64,000 nt of DNA from assembly GCF_964194025.1 (NCBI RefSeq), contig NC_134471.1:40858001-40922000 (forward strand). Direction: 5' to 3'. Below, one piece after another: positions 40,111 to 51,206 of this stretch (position 1 is the stretch's first letter; each line of letters opens with the position of its first letter). The DNA is from Convolutriloba macropyga (lineage: Eukaryota). A program made the translations under genes and the position numbers. Below the pieces are notes generated by a model that saw only the letters and a program-made list of their open reading frames with translations, was not told the DNA's origin and made no database searches.

Positions 40111-41658
40111 ACGTAGTCATACCTTTAAAATTCAAAGATTTTTCTGAGTTTTGGGTTGTTCAGTTGATGTATTTTCAATGCTGAGATCCGCTACAAGCCA
40201 TATTTTGCAGTAATTTATCCCGGCTAATTTAGCGTATTCTATAAAATGTGCACAATCGTGCTACAAAGATTGTGAATTTAATCGTATGGCTGTTAATACT
40301 TGCCTTACACCGCATAGTGCAAAATGCTTGCCTTGGCCTGTATGTAATACATGTCTTATATACATTGGTTACATACTGTATGTAATGCTGTATGTTGATA
40401 CAAATGCAATGAATACAAAGCTAAATGTAAGTTGTTCATATCGAGTATAAAGTACTGCTGAGTACAGACTACGTGTCGGTCCTGGTGGCGCAGGACTGTA
40501 AAGCTAGCTACTTGGCTGACAGAGATTGTAGGATCGGTGCTGAGTGTGGGCAACTGTGGAGTGGTGTATCGTGTTGATCTGGTGTCCACACTAAGCTCTG
40601 TGTCAATATGGTTGTGTGACGCAAGTGGTACGACCAGGTTGGATGATGAGAGGCGAACCGGCCCAGGGTGGAAACACAGCAGGCAAAAGTCTCCGCACGG
40701 AGCGGTAGTTGGATAGCACTAGTGAGCGAGCAACTCTCCTCAGCCACAACAGCAATCTGAAACACAATCTCATTTTTTATTCGTTCTCATTTCCAGTTTT
40801 ATTGATACGTGACTGTGCGTGTACTTTCAGCAAAATTGCGAAAATAGATCAAAAATTAATCTATTGTCATTGGATGAAATTGAGCGTTATTTGCGAGCTG
40901 GCATAAATTAACGCATCCGGCCATGCCTTAGCGCACCGTAGAACTTGATATGAATCTATCACAACCGAAAATGTTATGCGCTGTAAACCGCGACTTGAAT
41001 AAATTGAATTTCGATCAATTGTCCTAGCACCTTTCTCGGCAACCTGAAAGCTGACTTAGCGACAATGTTTTGTGTTTGCATTCTTGTTGTATCTTGTTTA
41101 ACACACCTACCTTCGCCTACTGCCACTTGTCTCCCAAATTGTATGTATCATACAAAAAGATCTTTCAACTGTGTCCTCACTGGTACCTAGTACTCTTCTC
41201 TGGTTGCTTCTTAGCTCCATGCATTGGGCTTTTAACCTGCAGGACTGAGGCTTAAAATGCTATATTATGCCTGCACTGTTGCTTTTTGGGTCTTACATCT
41301 ATTGCGCCCGCATAAAATTATAGCTCCCGCCATATTTTATAAATACGGTAATTGGGATACTACAGGTTACGCCGCTAAGTTTGGTGCGGTTTACTGGTAA
41401 CAAGTCCTTGCGAAAGCAGAGACCGATGCTGAGCTAAGATGGGTAGCAAATGTTTCGATAATTGGCTGGACACTTTGATGATTTTTTGAATTATTGATTT
41501 GAAAAGTTATTGAGGAGTGTTTTTGAGTGGTAAACTGCGAGTTTATAGTTCTCAAATTCATCTCTTCGCAGAGCCGGTACCGATTGTTATTCTTAGATTT
41601 TTACGATTCTGAGGATTATAGCGACAGCACTTACCAAATGGAATTCCCAAAATTGATC

Positions 41659-41807
41659 AGTAATGTGCATATGACTGGCCCCGGACATGGAGAAAAAGTT
41701 CCATCTTTATAATTTTCTTATAAAACATGTAAAAAACATGTACTCTTTTTCCCTCCATGTCTGGGACTTTTTCTCCATGCCCTAGGGCCAGTCATATATA
41801 CATTACT
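41659..41807. mobile_element. ~150-bp MITE/hairpin with ~45-bp TIRs
   Basis: agtaatgtgcatatgactggccccggacatggagaaaaagttcca is the near reverse complement of tgggactttttctccatgccctagggccagtcatatatacattact. Confidence 0.8.
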
Positions 41808-41973
41808 TTGATTTTCTGCATGTTGAAACACGGTACATAAATTGTAACATTGTCGATTCTAGTGACAATTATCCGTATTGCCGATTCTAGTGAGCAATTA
41901 TCCCGTTGATGTTCGTATATAGTGAACATAATGTAATATAATCCATTCTGTTTTGACTAAGGTCCTGTTTCAG

Positions 41974-42387
41974 ATTGCAAAAATATAGATGATGAAATCA
42001 CATCAGCTTCCAGTTTGCCCGACTCTAGCCTCAATATCCAGTACACAGACATCCCGGGTGCATTCCAGTTCCGAGACATCTTATTCGTACAAGATGAAGA
42101 ACCATTTGAGGACTCTTTCATTGTGTCATCGTCAAATCACCTGTACAAAGTTTCCCTTTCATCAATGCGTGAAATTGGCAAATCCACCTGGCTTCCAAGT
42201 AGCGAATTCACAAGAAATTTAGCAGAAGGTGATCCCAACCAATGGTGGGTTTCTGATAACCGATTTTGTAATAACTCGGGCCTAATTTTGAGTCAGTTCG
42301 ATCAGAAAAAGGTGCACGATGAAGGCGCTATTTACGGAATCACCTGTAGATGGTACTTCTACGCTATGTCATCAGTGGACGAAGAAG
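41974..42387 (+). CDS. Semaphorin coding exon 2 (start of Sema domain)
   Basis: Acceptor cctgtttcag|AT, donor GAAG|gtttgt, 414 nt, phase 1-1. FQFRDILF…FIVSSSNHLYKVSL resembles the Sema LYVGARN.LY.L.L blade, and the exon also contains ITCRWYFY. Confidence 0.85.
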
Positions 42388-42675
42388 GTTTGTTAAATCG
42401 ACATTGTACTCTTGTTACCAACCATGTTACGCCTTTTAACTCCATATAAATCCTAAATATCATTTAACCCCGATTTTATGATTAGTACAGAATTGAAATT
42501 GATATAATAGTCATCCTATAATATATAAGCTTAGCAATTATAAATATTGCATTGCATTTTAATTGTGCTATAACCACAATCCTGTACAGGTAATTGCCCT
42601 CTCTAAGCAGTGGGAGCGCAATAACCTGATTGATCGTCTTATTTTTATTCTATTTGATGTTTGTTTTCAATTTAG

Positions 42676-43353
42676 GTAAATTTTGGACATGTTTCTCCAA
42701 GCAGACCATGTCTGGCTGTGTCCAGTTCGCAACGTCTTTGGAGACTACAGGGAAAGAAGAATGGCCTTTTAATTCCACAGACGACGCTTTTCTTGGCTCC
42801 TACCCAAACCATCCTTGGCTGACAACTTGGCAAGGAGCAAGTGTGATATCATTCATCGATTCTGAGCAAAGTAGCGATTCGAAGCCTGCTTTTTCGTTTG
42901 TTGGGAATACATTTCAAATGTTCAGTGTCAGTATGATCAACAATAGAAACCCATTTTTCTCCAAATTGTTTGGAAACAGTCAAAGTTACCCTGTTGGGAG
43001 TTTTGTCGTTGGAAATTATCAGTACGTGTTTTTCCACGATAATGCAAATGAAGCTCGTTCCAGTTATTATGACTTCGATGAACCTGAGAAAGAGTATCAC
43101 AGGTTTAGTCGGGTTGCAAGGTTCTGCGTTGGTTCCGGATCACAGCCCAGAAGGAATTCGGGATATTTGGCAATGACGAGACTTCTTTGCGGAATATCTC
43201 AAGGTTCTTACAACGAATCTGAGAAGTACCAATTTGATCAAAATATTAAGGAATACCATTATCTTGTGTTCTGGAACGTGATTTCTGGCGTGGATTTTGA
43301 TCCCAAAAACGAAGTCTTCTATGCTACCTTCAATCAGTATTATTTGCCTAAAG
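42676..43353 (+). CDS. Semaphorin coding exon 3 (Sema domain)
   Basis: Acceptor ttcaatttag|GT, donor AAAG|gtaagc, 678 nt, phase 1-1. Motifs: GSYPNHP, YVFFHD, FSRVARFC (=SRVARVC), TRLLC (=KARLNC), FYATF. Confidence 0.92.
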
Positions 43354-43476
43354 GTAAGCGCAGATTATTTTGAGCTAAAAAATAACATAATTGTGTCCAA
43401 TTTATTGTTGCTCTCAAAATTGAACCGAAGTCAGTGTTGTTCTTTTTGTAGAAAGGTCTAAAAAGTAAACTGCATG

Positions 43477-43894
43477 TATAGGTGCGAAAACACACAATCG
43501 TTAATTTAAATTGATCGAGATCGATAACTGCATTCAACAACGTATAAAGGCCAAAAAGCCCCTCTCCATGGCCCGGCAAATCCAGCTTGATCTTTTTTAG
43601 CAGGTATTTGTCTGAGTCGATTTTCGACTCAGATTGGTCACCGATACGTTTTCGAAACATAAAAACATTAAGCCTAAAAAGAGCGCAATCGATTCAGTAT
43701 ATTAGTAGGCTCAACGAAAATTATGTTTAACGAACTTTTTCTGAGCTCTCTACGTATAGAAGAACGGATATAAGGCTTATATGGTTAAGAGATTACGTAA
43801 TAAACTTTCTCGCTGGATAGCGCATAGATTTCTCGCTGCTCTTTTATTTAAATAGCGCTTTAAATAGATTGTTCATTTAGTTTACTCGGTAACA
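43477..43894 (-). repeat. 3' LTR (~418-420 bp; minus strand TGTTACC…CCTATA[CA])
   Basis: It begins TGT directly after the purine-rich GGGCCGGAGGA (PPT, 43895-43905), overlapping the pol end GPEDVTE*. It matches 53811-54228 and contains a 10-bp hairpin tctgagtcga-ttt-tcgactcaga (43611-43633). Confidence 0.9.
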
Positions 43895-45315
43895 TCCTCC
43901 GGCCCGGAAGAAAATGTTGGGAGGATCGGTACAAGCTTAACGAGTGGGCGGACGAGCGATCCGGATGACGTGCGTAAGACGGCGGAGCGGGCGACGCTGT
44001 CGGAGCCGTACCGAAGTTCCTCAATCCGAGCGGTTGGATAGTAACTCCTAGGGTTGCTTTCTTCAACGATCCAAACTAAATCACCAACCTTGAGGTGATG
44101 CTCGGCAGGCGTCTGCCACTTAGATCTACGGTTCAACGCAGGTACGTACTCCTTGAGCCAACGTGCCCAAACTGCATTGGCGTATGACTGTGCACGGGCG
44201 TATCGCTTACGATGATCGAACTCGTCGACGCCAACGATAGGCGGAATTCTGGTTGCTTGGTTACCGAGTAGAAAATGATTAGGTGTTATAGCGCCTAGGT
44301 CGGACGGGTCGGCGCTTACGGGCGTTAAGGGACGTGAGTTCAGTGCGTATTCGACCAGACAAAAAGTAGTGTTCAACACCTCATCTGTGAGGCGACGCGT
44401 ACCGAGGATAGTGTACAGTACTCTTTTAAAACTCCGAACTAACCTCTCCCAGATGCCACCTTGGTGTGGCGCACTGGGTGGATTGAACCTCCACTTAATG
44501 CCCTTATGTGCAAGTTCGGTGGCAATGTTAAGCGTATTCCATTTTTCCACACATTCACGGAGCTCTTTCTCCGCTCCAATGAAGTTCGTACCATTATCCG
44601 ACCAAATCATAGCAGGAGTACCCCGACGGGAGACGAACCGCTCCACTCCCATTACACAAGAACTAGTGTCCATGGACGGGACAACTTCAACATGGCCAGC
44701 ACGAGTAGTGAGACAAGTGAAGAGAAATCCCCACCTCTTCTCGGTAGTCCGACGAACTGTGACGTAGAATGGGCCGAAGTAATCAACCCCGGTGTTGGTA
44801 AAGGGAGGAGACTGGTATGCGAGTCTCTCTTTTGGGAGGTTTGCCATTATAGGTTGAATGGTTGCTGCACGGAACTTTCTACACAAGACGCAGTTTGATT
44901 TGATGGAACGCAGTGTGGAACGTAGTTTTAGGATGGCATAACGTTCCTGTACCTTTGACCTTAAGTAATCAATGCCCTGATGATGGTTCTTCAAATGAGT
45001 ATGCCGCAGAAACAGTTTAACAAAAGTATGACGCGCATCCAGCACGATAGGATGCTTAGTGTCAAAGTCAATTTCCACTAGCCGTCGGAGTCGACCAGAA
45101 GAACGGATGAGACCATGAGGCCCAATAAACGGAGTAAACTGAGCAATGCGGCTGCTCTTCTTAACAGATTTGTTGTCAAGAAGATCCTTTCTTTCAGTAC
45201 TAAAGGACTCTTCCTGAACCAAGTACTGGAGATGACGCTCGGCTTCGTCAAGCTCAACAGGATCGGCTATGCTGCCGTCTACGGTACGGTAACTTTCATG
45301 AGATGGTAAAAGACG
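43882..45315 (-). CDS. pol: BEL/Pao integrase region (separated from upstream pol by an apparent 1-nt deletion near 45315)
   Basis: HHCC zinc finger (H…HHQG…CVLC), GVDYFGP, SDNGTNF, GGIWERLV (DDE), LNSRPLT…TPNHFL, WLKEY (DUF5641-type C-terminus). The frame is open from RLLPSHESY to the stop. Confidence 0.95.
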   Translation of the reverse strand, partial: RLLPSHESYRTVDGSIADPVELDEAERHLQYLVQEESFSTERKDLLDNKSVKKSSRIAQFTPFIGPHGLIRSSGRLRRLVEIDFDTKHPIVLDARHTFVKLFLRHTHLKNHHQGIDYLRSKVQERYAILKLRSTLRSIKSNCVLCRKFRAATIQPIMANLPKERLAYQSPPFTNTGVDYFGPFYVTVRRTTEKRWGFLFTCLTTRAGHVEVVPSMDTSSCVMGVERFVSRRGTPAMIWSDNGTNFIGAEKELRECVEKWNTLNIATELAHKGIKWRFNPPSAPHQGGIWERLVRSFKRVLYTILGTRRLTDEVLNTTFCLVEYALNSRPLTPVSADPSDLGAITPNHFLLGNQATRIPPIVGVDEFDHRKRYARAQSYANAVWARWLKEYVPALNRRSKWQTPAEHHLKVGDLVWIVEESNPRSYYPTARIEELRYGSDSVARSAVLRTSSGSLVRPLVKLVPILPTFSSGPEDVTE

Positions 45316-48300
45316 AGCACATATGCGGTGACACGCAGTAATTTTTGATAAGAACTGAACTTATCAAACGGGATTAGATTGATACTTTGTTCCTTAGGGG
45401 GCTTGGTTACGGATGCGGCTAAAGATGAGATGGAGTCATCATCTTGTTCCTTGGTTACAACGCCGAGTTTGATGTTATCAACGACCTCAGTATTTGGCAC
45501 AAAAGGGAATTGCTTAGTTCTCAAGAAGTCAGGACCCCTCACCCAGCTACTTGATTGCAAAACTTCAGCGGACATGCCACGCGTGCCAGCATCTGCCGGA
45601 TTATCACAAGTGGTGACGTGGTTCCATTGGTCAACGCTGGTGTTCTCCAGGATTTCACTAACACGATTTGCAATGAAGATGGGGTGTTTGTTTGTTGAGT
45701 TTATCCACTGCAAGACGATGGTACTATCTGTCCACATAAAGACTTTATCCACAGTAACCGTTAATGCTCGACAGATTTCCCTTTTTAAACGGGCAGCGAG
45801 GAGAGCGGCTTGTAATTCCAACTTAGGAACTGTCATTACCTTCATAGGTGCAACACGGGCCTTGCCCAAGACAAACGCCAGCTCTGTTTCAATCTCCCCG
45901 GAGGTGCAAGTTACTTGAGCCCTGAGAAAACCTACTGCACTGAATACGTCTTGCGAGCTATCACCAAACATGTGGAGTTCAAGATGTTGGAATGGTCCTG
46001 AAAAGTAACTTCTCGGTATAGTGATCTCAGCTAACCGCGGCAGTTCAACACACCAGGCAAGGAATCTGTCAACTGTGTCTTTAGGTAACTCGTCATCCCA
46101 ACTTTGTCCATTGGCACGCCAAATGTCTTTCAAGATTAGCCGAGCACCAACAGTGAACGGTGCGACAAGACCAATTGGGTCGTAGACCTTTGACACAAGA
46201 CTTAGGACCAAGCGCTGTGTTAAACTTTTCGTGATGGTGCTGTTAGTACCCCTGCTCACAACCAGAGTATCGTTGTTGTGATCCCACTTAAGCCCAAGCA
46301 CGTGCATTGATTCCTCCTTGGATGAAACGATGACCTTCGGTTCAGTGGATTGAGCAGACCCATCAATTCGGTCAGCCAGATCTGGTACATTGCTTACAAA
46401 CTTAGTAAGCTTGAACCCACCTAGATGGAGAAGATGAACCAATTCCTTCGACCTAATGAGGGCCCTCTCGGGGGATTCCACTGAGTCCAAGTAATCGTCC
46501 ATGTAGAAGTTCTCAAGGACGGCTTTCGCAGCTTCTGGGTACTCCTTAGCATTATCGCGTGCCGTGCGCTGAAGTGCGTAGTTGGCGCAGGTGGGTGAAT
46601 CTTTTGCCCCAAAGATGTGGCGCGTATACTGGTGTACCACAACATTTGATGTGGGGTCCTCCCGCCACAAAAAGCGCAATGATGGTTGATCACATGGCAA
46701 CACTCCAACTTGGAGGAACATTCCCTCGATGTCGGCGGATACGGCAAATGGATGTTGTCTGAACCGTAGGAGTACATAGATTAGGTTTTGTAGTAGGTCA
46801 GGTCCGGTAAGTAATGACTTATTAAGAGATGCGCCATGGAATTTTGCTGCTCCGTTTAGTACCCTACGAACCTTACCCGGCTTGTTCGGGTTAACAACCG
46901 GATGGTGTGGTAGGTACCACTCTCGTTCCGAGCGACTTTCCACCTTATGAGCATCTTTGACCCTTACTACGTAGCCTTTGTCTAAGTCCTCTTTGATGGT
47001 ATTCGAGTATTTTTCCCTTAATGTCTGATCTTTCGTTAGCCGCTTTTCCAAAGACTTTAATTGAACAAGTGCTGAGAAATAATTGTTGGGCAGTTCGATG
47101 TTATCTTCAGCCCATAGCATTCCGACATCGTACCTTTTTCCATTATGCACGGTGGTGTTTTCAAGAATTTCATGCGCACGTGCATCCGATGAGGATCGTG
47201 GGTCTACTTGCTTAAGTGCGCCGTACGACTCCATGTCGTACCAAGATTTTACCTGACTAGCGAGTTCAAAATCCTGCTCCAAATTAGCTTTGAAACAAGT
47301 CGAGACTAAACCTGAAGACGACGGTAGAGGGCCGCTTAGAACCCAACCTATGGGCAAGCGAACAGCGAAGGGCGAGGACTTCTCGTCGGCAGCGAAGTAC
47401 TCTAACGGGCGGATGGCATGATACACATCCTGTCCAAGTATCATCTCGATGTTTCCATAGCAATATGTAACTGGGTCTAGAACTGCTAGGTGCGGGTATG
47501 TTTCCTGAAGTGCTTTAATGTTAATGACATCGGCGCCTACATTCAAATTTTCCTTTACGTAAGGGCTGACTTTAAATGGTTCAAATGCTTGGTTGTCGCG
47601 TGGTGTTACAATTAGTTCAACTAACTCAGTGTCTACGACCTCTTCGGTATTTATACCCTTGACTGTTAGTTTCAATGCTGTACCGTGCAAACCAAGTCTA
47701 TTTGCAAGATCATTGGACACCCAAGAGTTACTGCAAGCGGTATCGCACAAAACTAAAGCCGTGGTATCTTTACCGGTAGAGCTCTTTAACTGTAATTCAG
47801 TCACCTGAAGGAGGCCTTTCACATTACTCACAGATGACAAAGTGGTGGTCTTGCTCGATGATTGGACACTAGGGAGTTTACTTTGATTTGTGCCAGCATT
47901 AGAATTACTGTTGTTGTTGTTTGGAGGGGATTTTGATGGATAAACCCTATCAGCTCCATGGAGAAGAGTTTTATGGGAGCTGTTGCAACCGTCCTTCCTG
48001 CATTTCCTGGGGTTTGGGCATTGCCTGAACATATGCTTTTCTCTCAAACATGAGAAACACAGTTTTGCTTCAGCCACTACCTTTGCTCGCTGAGTGGGAG
48101 ACTTTTCTTTAAATACCCTACACTCCCAGATGCGGTGAATACCTTTACACACAATGCAGCGAGGGGTTGCAGGCGTTGCTGATGTTGAGGCTGGTCTCTG
48201 AGTGCCCTTAGTTTGTGTATTAGCAGCAAAAGTTCTTGAGGCAACTTTGGTCTTTACTACTGAGTTGGTGTTATCCTCAGTTCTTGCTTTCGACGAAGTT

Positions 48301-49655
48301 TGTTTCATTAAATCATGTGCCTCGGCCTTCTGCTTCAACCAATCGTTGAAGTCGAGGAGTGTTGGCTTAACCCAATGTTTCTTCACGGTGAAGAGTGACC
48401 AAGACTCTTTCAGATTGGGCGGCAATTTTTGCACAGCCGTGTTGAGGAGTGAGGCACTCTTAAGGTCTGCGTCATATGAAAGTGATTTAAAGACCCCAAC
48501 AAGACTTGAAATTGTTGCAGAATAGTTTATGATGTTATCACTATTGTGCATCTTTAGTGGTGGAAAAGAGCTGAGTTTTTCTAAGTGTGCACTGACTACT
48601 GCCTGTGGTTGGCCAAATTTACGTTCGAGTGTCTTAAGTGCGTCCTTATACATTACACCGCAGTATGCGAACTCAGCGATGGCGGTTTTAGCTTTTCCAG
48701 TTACAAGGGTTTTTAAGTATGTTAACTTGACGTCATCAGTCAAGGACTGTGCGTCTATGGCGCTTTTAAATTGCCCGAACCATTCGTGCCACTGCAGGGG
48801 ATCACCATTGTATTGTGCCAACTTCCACTCGGGCAGTGGATCGTTCTTCTTACAAGTAATTGCGTCCGCCAATTGCTTTATCAAATCCGCAGAGTCCAAA
48901 GAAGGAGCCGAAGGTGTGGGATGCGGCGGGCCACCCCAACACAACGGGTTCGGAACGGTAGCTCCATGCGTTGGCGGAATGATCGGAGTGACAAAGGTGG
49001 GGGCGGTACTTGCGGAAGAACTAAATGGATTCGCTTGCATGAAGTCTGATGTTACGTAATTTTGAGCGCCTGCTGCTGCTTGTACATGAGGGGAGCGATG
49101 CGATGTAGATATATGAGGGTTGATTAGCGGGGCCGGTTGTACGGTGTATAAATTTGCAGATGTACGTTCAAGTGGTACTTCATTAGCTGGGACTGCTGCC
49201 GGAAAACGCCAGACATTTGGATCTGGAGGAGCAGGAGGTGCGTGGGTTATGGGTACAAAATTTTGGGGCTGAAAACTCTTTTGTGGAGGTGGTGGATGAA
49301 TTAATTGAGGTACGAAATTAATTGCGGAGGAAATGAATGGTGCAGGCGGAGAATGGGGTAACAGATTGATATTATTCGCCACGGGGTTAGTGGCTTGTAG
49401 TGGGAGTGCTTGTGGCGGGGAAGGAGGAAATCGGAATGCTGGTGGGATTAACGGAAAATGCGGTGGTGCGGGGTTTGGAACGGGGGGTGGAGGGGCTGGT
49501 ACATTTATGTGTGCCTGTTGCGGATTAAGTGCTAGCGGAGCATTAGCGAGTGCATTTAAAGGAGGTGAATGCCGAGGGCTGGTTAAATTCAACTGTCCCG
49601 GCATGCTCGCCCTGCGAGGGAATTGATGATCTAACTGTAAACCATCGAAGTGCAT
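45279..49655 (-). CDS. gag-pol: BEL/Pao gag-pol main ORF: Pro-rich region, DUF1759-type capsid, three zinc knuckles, aspartic protease, RT, RNase H
   Basis: YNGDPLQW…KLTYLK…LERKFGQP; CIVCKGIHRIWEC, CFSCLREKHMFRQC and CRKDGCNSSHKTLLH; LCDTACS; YLPHHPV, SLNKSLLTGPDL, ADIEGMF, FYMDD; LHMFGDSS, PKLELQAA, WTDS, NPADAGTRG. Confidence 0.96.
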   Translation of the reverse strand: MHFDGLQLDHQFPRRASMPGQLNLTSPRHSPPLNALANAPLALNPQQAHINVPAPPPPVPNPAPPHFPLIPPAFRFPPSPPQALPLQATNPVANNINLLPHSPPAPFISSAINFVPQLIHPPPPQKSFQPQNFVPITHAPPAPPDPNVWRFPAAVPANEVPLERTSANLYTVQPAPLINPHISTSHRSPHVQAAAGAQNYVTSDFMQANPFSSSASTAPTFVTPIIPPTHGATVPNPLCWGGPPHPTPSAPSLDSADLIKQLADAITCKKNDPLPEWKLAQYNGDPLQWHEWFGQFKSAIDAQSLTDDVKLTYLKTLVTGKAKTAIAEFAYCGVMYKDALKTLERKFGQPQAVVSAHLEKLSSFPPLKMHNSDNIINYSATISSLVGVFKSLSYDADLKSASLLNTAVQKLPPNLKESWSLFTVKKHWVKPTLLDFNDWLKQKAEAHDLMKQTSSKARTEDNTNSVVKTKVASRTFAANTQTKGTQRPASTSATPATPRCIVCKGIHRIWECRVFKEKSPTQRAKVVAEAKLCFSCLREKHMFRQCPNPRKCRKDGCNSSHKTLLHGADRVYPSKSPPNNNNSNSNAGTNQSKLPSVQSSSKTTTLSSVSNVKGLLQVTELQLKSSTGKDTTALVLCDTACSNSWVSNDLANRLGLHGTALKLTVKGINTEEVVDTELVELIVTPRDNQAFEPFKVSPYVKENLNVGADVINIKALQETYPHLAVLDPVTYCYGNIEMILGQDVYHAIRPLEYFAADEKSSPFAVRLPIGWVLSGPLPSSSGLVSTCFKANLEQDFELASQVKSWYDMESYGALKQVDPRSSSDARAHEILENTTVHNGKRYDVGMLWAEDNIELPNNYFSALVQLKSLEKRLTKDQTLREKYSNTIKEDLDKGYVVRVKDAHKVESRSEREWYLPHHPVVNPNKPGKVRRVLNGAAKFHGASLNKSLLTGPDLLQNLIYVLLRFRQHPFAVSADIEGMFLQVGVLPCDQPSLRFLWREDPTSNVVVHQYTRHIFGAKDSPTCANYALQRTARDNAKEYPEAAKAVLENFYMDDYLDSVESPERALIRSKELVHLLHLGGFKLTKFVSNVPDLADRIDGSAQSTEPKVIVSSKEESMHVLGLKWDHNNDTLVVSRGTNSTITKSLTQRLVLSLVSKVYDPIGLVAPFTVGARLILKDIWRANGQSWDDELPKDTVDRFLAWCVELPRLAEITIPRSYFSGPFQHLELHMFGDSSQDVFSAVGFLRAQVTCTSGEIETELAFVLGKARVAPMKVMTVPKLELQAALLAARLKREICRALTVTVDKVFMWTDSTIVLQWINSTNKHPIFIANRVSEILENTSVDQWNHVTTCDNPADAGTRGMSAEVLQSSSWVRGPDFLRTKQFPFVPNTEVVDNIKLGVVTKEQDDDSISSLAASVTKPPKEQSINLIPFDKFSSYQKLLRVTAYVLVFYHLMKVTVP

Positions 49656-50727
49656 TGTTGCTTGAGACAGTTGTCGGGCTGTTTGGGGCGTTTAGTTGAG
49701 TAGGCATACCAAAGTTTGTTGGTGGTGATGGAGGCGTATATTGAGGCTGTCGTTGCTCTTGCATGATGTTATTTGCAACATGTGCATCGTTGGTTACATT
49801 GGTTCTAGTACTTGGTTCTTGCGGCTCATGGACAGGGAGGTTGATGTTAGCCTCAACTTGACCATGAGTATTGAGATTAGAGTGTGACTTTGGAAGTTGA
49901 GCTGAAGAAGGTCGTTGGACAATTGCTTGGTTGGATTGGGCGATGGAACCAGAAAAGTGCAAACTCGGTTCGTTTGCAACATCTGCCATGTTCCCGGCCG
50001 GTGACGAATTAACCCAATCTTGAACAAGTTTCTTGCTCTTAACTGAACTTCTTTCGGTAAAGAGCCCACTCATTTCGCTTGTATCAGACCCGTCTGTTGC
50101 TGATTTTGTCATCAACTCAATTTCCTCAAGGGCTGCAGCAGCTACTTCCTTGCGATGATCCTCCTCAAGCTGCTCAATTTCTAATTCCCGCAATTTCGTT
50201 TGTTTTTCAATTTCAAGACGTTGTCTAGCAATGCGAAGCTTTGCCTCATTTTGTTTCTCAAGTTCCTCCCTTTTTAGTCTTGATAATTCTAATTCTCGTT
50301 GACGCTGACTTGATCTTTTTGAGGAAGTCATATGCGAACCTGATCTTGAGTGGTGAGAGGTATACATCTCTGCCTTCTCTTTGTCTTGGACCGAATTGAT
50401 ATACCCTCGAGCAGCAGCAATGAACTCGTCAGTTTTCTTTGTTACAGTCTCTAACCATTTCTCAAGATTCTTACAGGCAGCGTCTGGATCTTCAGTCTTC
50501 TGTGCCAGATCAAAGAGCTCTTCATTCTTATCAACCACTCTAGTAAAAGCATCTTTGCACTTCACAATCAGACGTTCGATCTTAACTTTCCTGTCTTGCT
50601 TATCAACAGCATTGTTAATTTCCCCATAGATGTTATTAAGTTCAGCCTCTAATTTTGTCCTCGCACTATAAAGTTTGTTAAATTTGTCCTGCAAAGTTGT
50701 CATGATCTTAAGAAAAACAGGAACCAC
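49543..50727 (-). CDS. gag: N-terminal gag segment (helical/coiled-coil, then low complexity), out of frame with the main ORF
   Basis: 394-aa ORF with an E/K/R-rich coiled coil (RELELSRLKREELEKQNEAKLR…) and an LVQDWV motif. It overlaps the next ORF by 113 nt in the +1 frame. Confidence 0.8.
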   Translation of the reverse strand: MVPVFLKIMTTLQDKFNKLYSARTKLEAELNNIYGEINNAVDKQDRKVKIERLIVKCKDAFTRVVDKNEELFDLAQKTEDPDAACKNLEKWLETVTKKTDEFIAAARGYINSVQDKEKAEMYTSHHSRSGSHMTSSKRSSQRQRELELSRLKREELEKQNEAKLRIARQRLEIEKQTKLRELEIEQLEEDHRKEVAAAALEEIELMTKSATDGSDTSEMSGLFTERSSVKSKKLVQDWVNSSPAGNMADVANEPSLHFSGSIAQSNQAIVQRPSSAQLPKSHSNLNTHGQVEANINLPVHEPQEPSTRTNVTNDAHVANNIMQEQRQPQYTPPSPPTNFGMPTQLNAPNSPTTVSSNNALRWFTVRSSIPSQGEHAGTVEFNQPSAFTSFKCTR

Positions 50728-50991
50728 AAGTTTAATTTGGTACTAATATAGAGTACACACACATGCAACAGCACAACACAAAGGGGTTATACCGAACCCT
50801 AGTGTGACGGTTTGGCTAGCAAACCGCCGAAGAGCAAAGATGTTCGTCGAGTACAATAGTACCCGGCGAAAGAAAGAAAGAACGGTGCGCAGGAAGCGCG
50901 GAAAGGGGCAGAACGGGAGACGGGACGGACGGGAAGAGACGCCGAACGAGTAACGCACGACGCAACGGGAAACCGGACGGACAAACGGGAG

Positions 50992-51206
50992 CGTCGGGCG
51001 AAAAGCGCGCGACGAAGCGGGAAAATGGCACGGGCGGGGCGGAAACGTCGGGCGGATGGCGCGACGAAACGGGAAAACGGCACGGAAGGGGCGGAAACGT
51101 CGGGCGGATGGCGCGCGACGAAACGGGAAAACTGGCACGGGCGGGGCGGAAACGTCGGGCGGATGGCGCGACGAAACGGGAAAACTGGCACGGGCGGGGC
51201 GGAAAC
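50992..51206. repeat. CpG-rich tandem array, 4 units of ~52-55 bp, in the BEL leader
   Basis: The unit cgtcgggcggatggcgcgacgaaacgggaaaactggcacgggcggggcggaaa is repeated, with degenerate related sequence extending to ~50860. Confidence 0.92.

Noticed and set aside
40339-40751. Possible solo LTR (GC-richer block with TG…CA ends)
   Set aside because: No target-site duplication was found for any plausible pair of ends, and there is no second copy in the window.
44369-50629. Plus-strand ORFs of 60-180 aa overlapping gag-pol
   Set aside because: They are antisense shadows of a long coding sequence, with no recognisable motifs.
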